Source of the DNA: Acidobacteriota bacterium
GTDB lineage: Bacteria > Acidobacteriota > UBA6911
DNA: 64,000 bases
Direction: 5' to 3'
NCBI GenBank assembly: GCA_963664705.1
Contig: OY761556.1
Location: 1,312,001 to 1,376,000, forward strand
Shown here one piece after another: positions 61,780 to 64,000 of the stretch. Within the stretch, counting starts at the first letter, position 1. Each line of letters begins with the position of its first letter. The position numbers and the translations under genes were made by a program. The notes under the pieces were generated by a model, which was not told the DNA's origin, did no database searches, and was given only the letters and a program-made list of their open reading frames with translations.

Positions 61780-63681
61780 TCACCATCCCCCACCGCCGCC
61801 GCCGCCGGAATGTCCGCCACCTCCGCCGCCGCTGCTTCCGCTGGAACTGGGCGCCGCAACGCCCGCCGCCATCGTTCCGGCCACGGCCGCCCACGACGCG
61901 CTGGCTCCGGCGCCTCCGAACGCGCCGCCTCCACCGCTCCACGACCGGCTTCCGCCGCCGCTTCCCGTGAAGCTTCCGGTCGAGCCAATCGTGTGCGCGA
62001 TCTCCGTCTCTTGTCCGCCAAAGGAATGAAACCACTCATCCACCGAATCGCCAAGCCCGAACGCCAGCAGGTAGGGATACCACGCGTCCTGCAGCTCCGG
62101 GTTCGCCTGCGCCAGCTGCAGCCGGAAGTATTCGCGCGCGGCGGCAAATTTCTGGCGAAAGAGGATCTGGACCTGGTTTTCGCGCGACATAGCTGCGTTC
62201 AGCACGCTGTTGAAAGCTGCGATCAGCAGGACCATCACCCCCGCCGCTACCCAGGCGCTGATGGGCAGTGGCCCCAGAAGCATCGCCACCGTGAAAACCC
62301 CCGTCATGATGGTCATCGGTATCATCATCATGATGAAGTGCAGACGCAGCCTGACCAGCCGCTTGCGATAGAGGCAGGCCAGGACGATGGCGGGAATATA
62401 CGGCACGAACACCGAGGCCGCGCCGATGATCCCTGCCGCCAGGTCCGGCAGCCCGGCAATGCGGTCCGTCATGGCCGAAAGAACTCCAATCACAATCAGC
62501 GCGACTCCCGCGGCCACCAGCGCGAAGGTTTTTTTCCACGACGGCTTGCTGCCGGTGCCGGAGGTTGCCAGCAGATCCTGCATCTGGATCTCGAGCGGCT
62601 TCCTGATTTTCGACGCCGGGTCGAACCCGGAGCTCTCGTAATGCGCTTTGACGCGCTCGGTGTTGGTTTCGTTGCCTCCGTCGTAGAACAGCGCGTTCAC
62701 GAGATCGACCTCGTACCCTTCAAAGCCGCCTCCCTGTTTCCAGAGGTGAAGCACTCCGGAATGCTTGGATTTCCCCCGCACCTCGCTCCTCAGCTTTCCT
62801 TCGAGAACCAGGCGTGCGAGCACCGCCGCGACTTCGGCCGAGCCGACGCTTTCATCCCAGATCGTGCCGACCAGTTCCGGCGGGTATTGCAGGATGTTGG
62901 TTTCAATCCACCCGCGGTTGATGGAGGACGCGGGAAGGAGCGGGGCAAACCGGCCCAGCGCTTTTTCCCGTTGATAGAAGCGGGAGATCAGTACGGGAAT
63001 CGCCACGAACAGGATGATCAGGAGCGTTCCGCGCACGCCGAACGAAAGCCCGGCACGCGCAGCCGCAGGCTTGCCCGATCCCTCGTAGCGCAGCGGAATC
63101 GTCACGAGATACCCGCGGCCGGGCGGGATCGGCCCGAATCCGGTCGGCCCTTCGAATGCCTGCATCGGCTTCCAGACCGGGTCCAGTGTGAGCGACAGCG
63201 AAAATTTTTCAATCATGCCGGACCGGTCCGGGAAAGCGAAATCATGGTCCAGCAGGTAACGGCTATCCTCCGGAACCAGGATATTCGAGAGCGTGTACCG
63301 GAGCACATAGGTGATTTCCTTGTTGTCGAAAGCGGGATCCGTGGGAAGCCGGCTTCTCCAGCGCAGATGGCTGGTGTCGATCCATTTATATTCGTCGATT
63401 TCCGAGAGGCTGCCGCGGCTCAGCTCTATTTCCTGGCCGGTGGCAGAATCAACGCGCATGAGGCTTTCAAGGTGGAGACTCTGGCCCAGCCGAAGGTTGA
63501 AGGTGCGTGCGCCGCCGTTCCAGTTTCCGTTGAAGACCATGGACTGCCGTTCTTCAACGTGCAGTCTGCCGTCGGCATCGAGCTGCGCGGTGACCGTCAT
63601 GTCGCGCCAGTAGAGAGTTTGTTCCGCTGCCGCGGCGAAGGGGCTCGATAAAACCAATATTATGAGAAGCCTTCCGATCAT
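61780..63681 (-). CDS. DUF2207-like membrane protein
   Basis: Signal peptide, DGRLHVEE, several TMs, PYLLAFGL, Gly-rich tail ending GGGGGGGW. Confidence 0.85.
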   Translation of the reverse strand: MIGRLLIILVLSSPFAAAAEQTLYWRDMTVTAQLDADGRLHVEERQSMVFNGNWNGGARTFNLRLGQSLHLESLMRVDSATGQEIELSRGSLSEIDEYKWIDTSHLRWRSRLPTDPAFDNKEITYVLRYTLSNILVPEDSRYLLDHDFAFPDRSGMIEKFSLSLTLDPVWKPMQAFEGPTGFGPIPPGRGYLVTIPLRYEGSGKPAAARAGLSFGVRGTLLIILFVAIPVLISRFYQREKALGRFAPLLPASSINRGWIETNILQYPPELVGTIWDESVGSAEVAAVLARLVLEGKLRSEVRGKSKHSGVLHLWKQGGGFEGYEVDLVNALFYDGGNETNTERVKAHYESSGFDPASKIRKPLEIQMQDLLATSGTGSKPSWKKTFALVAAGVALIVIGVLSAMTDRIAGLPDLAAGIIGAASVFVPYIPAIVLACLYRKRLVRLRLHFIMMMIPMTIMTGVFTVAMLLGPLPISAWVAAGVMVLLIAAFNSVLNAAMSRENQVQILFRQKFAAAREYFRLQLAQANPELQDAWYPYLLAFGLGDSVDEWFHSFGGQETEIAHTIGSTGSFTGSGGGSRSWSGGGGAFGGAGASASWAAVAGTMAAGVAAPSSSGSSGGGGGGHSGGGGGGGW

Positions 63682-63726
63682 AATGCCTCCCGGGTTTGAT
63701 GAAATGAGGCCCCACTTTACCGCGAT

Positions 63727-63877
63727 AACGTGAAACGTTGCAACGTTAGACGTTAGACGTTGGGACGTTGGACGAGAAAACCGTTGGACGAAAAAACGTT
63801 GGACGTTGAACGTTGGGACGTTGGACGATTGGACGTTGGACGAGAAAACGTTGGACGATCGGACGTTGGACGATGGG
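63727..63877. repeat. GGACGTT array with GGACGAGAAAACGTT variants
   Basis: Directly visible. Confidence 0.9.
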
Positions 63878-63886
63878 AGGGGGAGG

Positions 63887-64000
63887 CTATGGGTGGGATT
63901 GAAGGTATTTGATGAAATTTGAGAGCTGGGCAGCGAGCTTTCTGGCTTTGTCCATGACTACATCGAATTTTTCGGAATTAATGTAGGCTTGATCCAAAGC
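63887..64000 (-). CDS. C-terminus of a four-helix-bundle protein (23S rRNA-IVP / Avd-like), cut by the window edge
   Basis: Reads ALDQAYINSEKFDVVMDKARKLAAQLSNFIKYLQSHP*, matching the ALDxxYI...L.xFIKYL end of this family; not in the ORF track. Confidence 0.7.
   Translation of the reverse strand, partial: ALDQAYINSEKFDVVMDKARKLAAQLSNFIKYLQSHP

Noticed and set aside
60258-63651. Long plus-strand ORFs (570 aa, 692 aa) and similar shadows such as 3510-4790, 54191-55447 and 55515-56819
   Set aside because: They are antisense shadows of well-supported genes in GC-rich DNA.

Overview
The window looks like an Acidobacteria-type chromosome: an acidobacterial VWA protein, a PD40/TolB protein, Ser/Thr kinases, a kinase-linked ECF sigma factor, large secreted beta-rich proteins, lysC, potABCD and two tRNAs. 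Four structural layers stand out. (1) A ~19 kb phage-satellite-like element sits in tRNA-Arg(TCG), bounded by an exact 48-bp att duplication (20226-20273 / 39194-39241). It carries an integrase, an XRE regulator, a P4-type primase-helicase with an ori-like inverted repeat, and a defence cargo (type I R-M, AbiJ/HEPN-like, helicase + DUF2290-like, decayed FRG and DUF3800 genes). A relic of an older sibling integrase follows it. (2) A ~7 kb recombinase-less islet is bracketed by an exact 43-bp duplication of a nitroreductase 3' end. It holds a kinase, an ECF sigma and two secreted paralogues, and a candidate ECF promoter occurs twice in it. (3) Nine intergenic degenerate 7-8-nt arrays built on GGACGTT/AACGTCC abut gene ends and alternate in orientation. 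The last one lies directly behind a four-helix-bundle (23S-IVP/Avd-like) gene cut by the window edge. (4) Several other REP-like and heptamer mosaic repeats are present. Family assignments come from reading motifs by eye; no database search was run.
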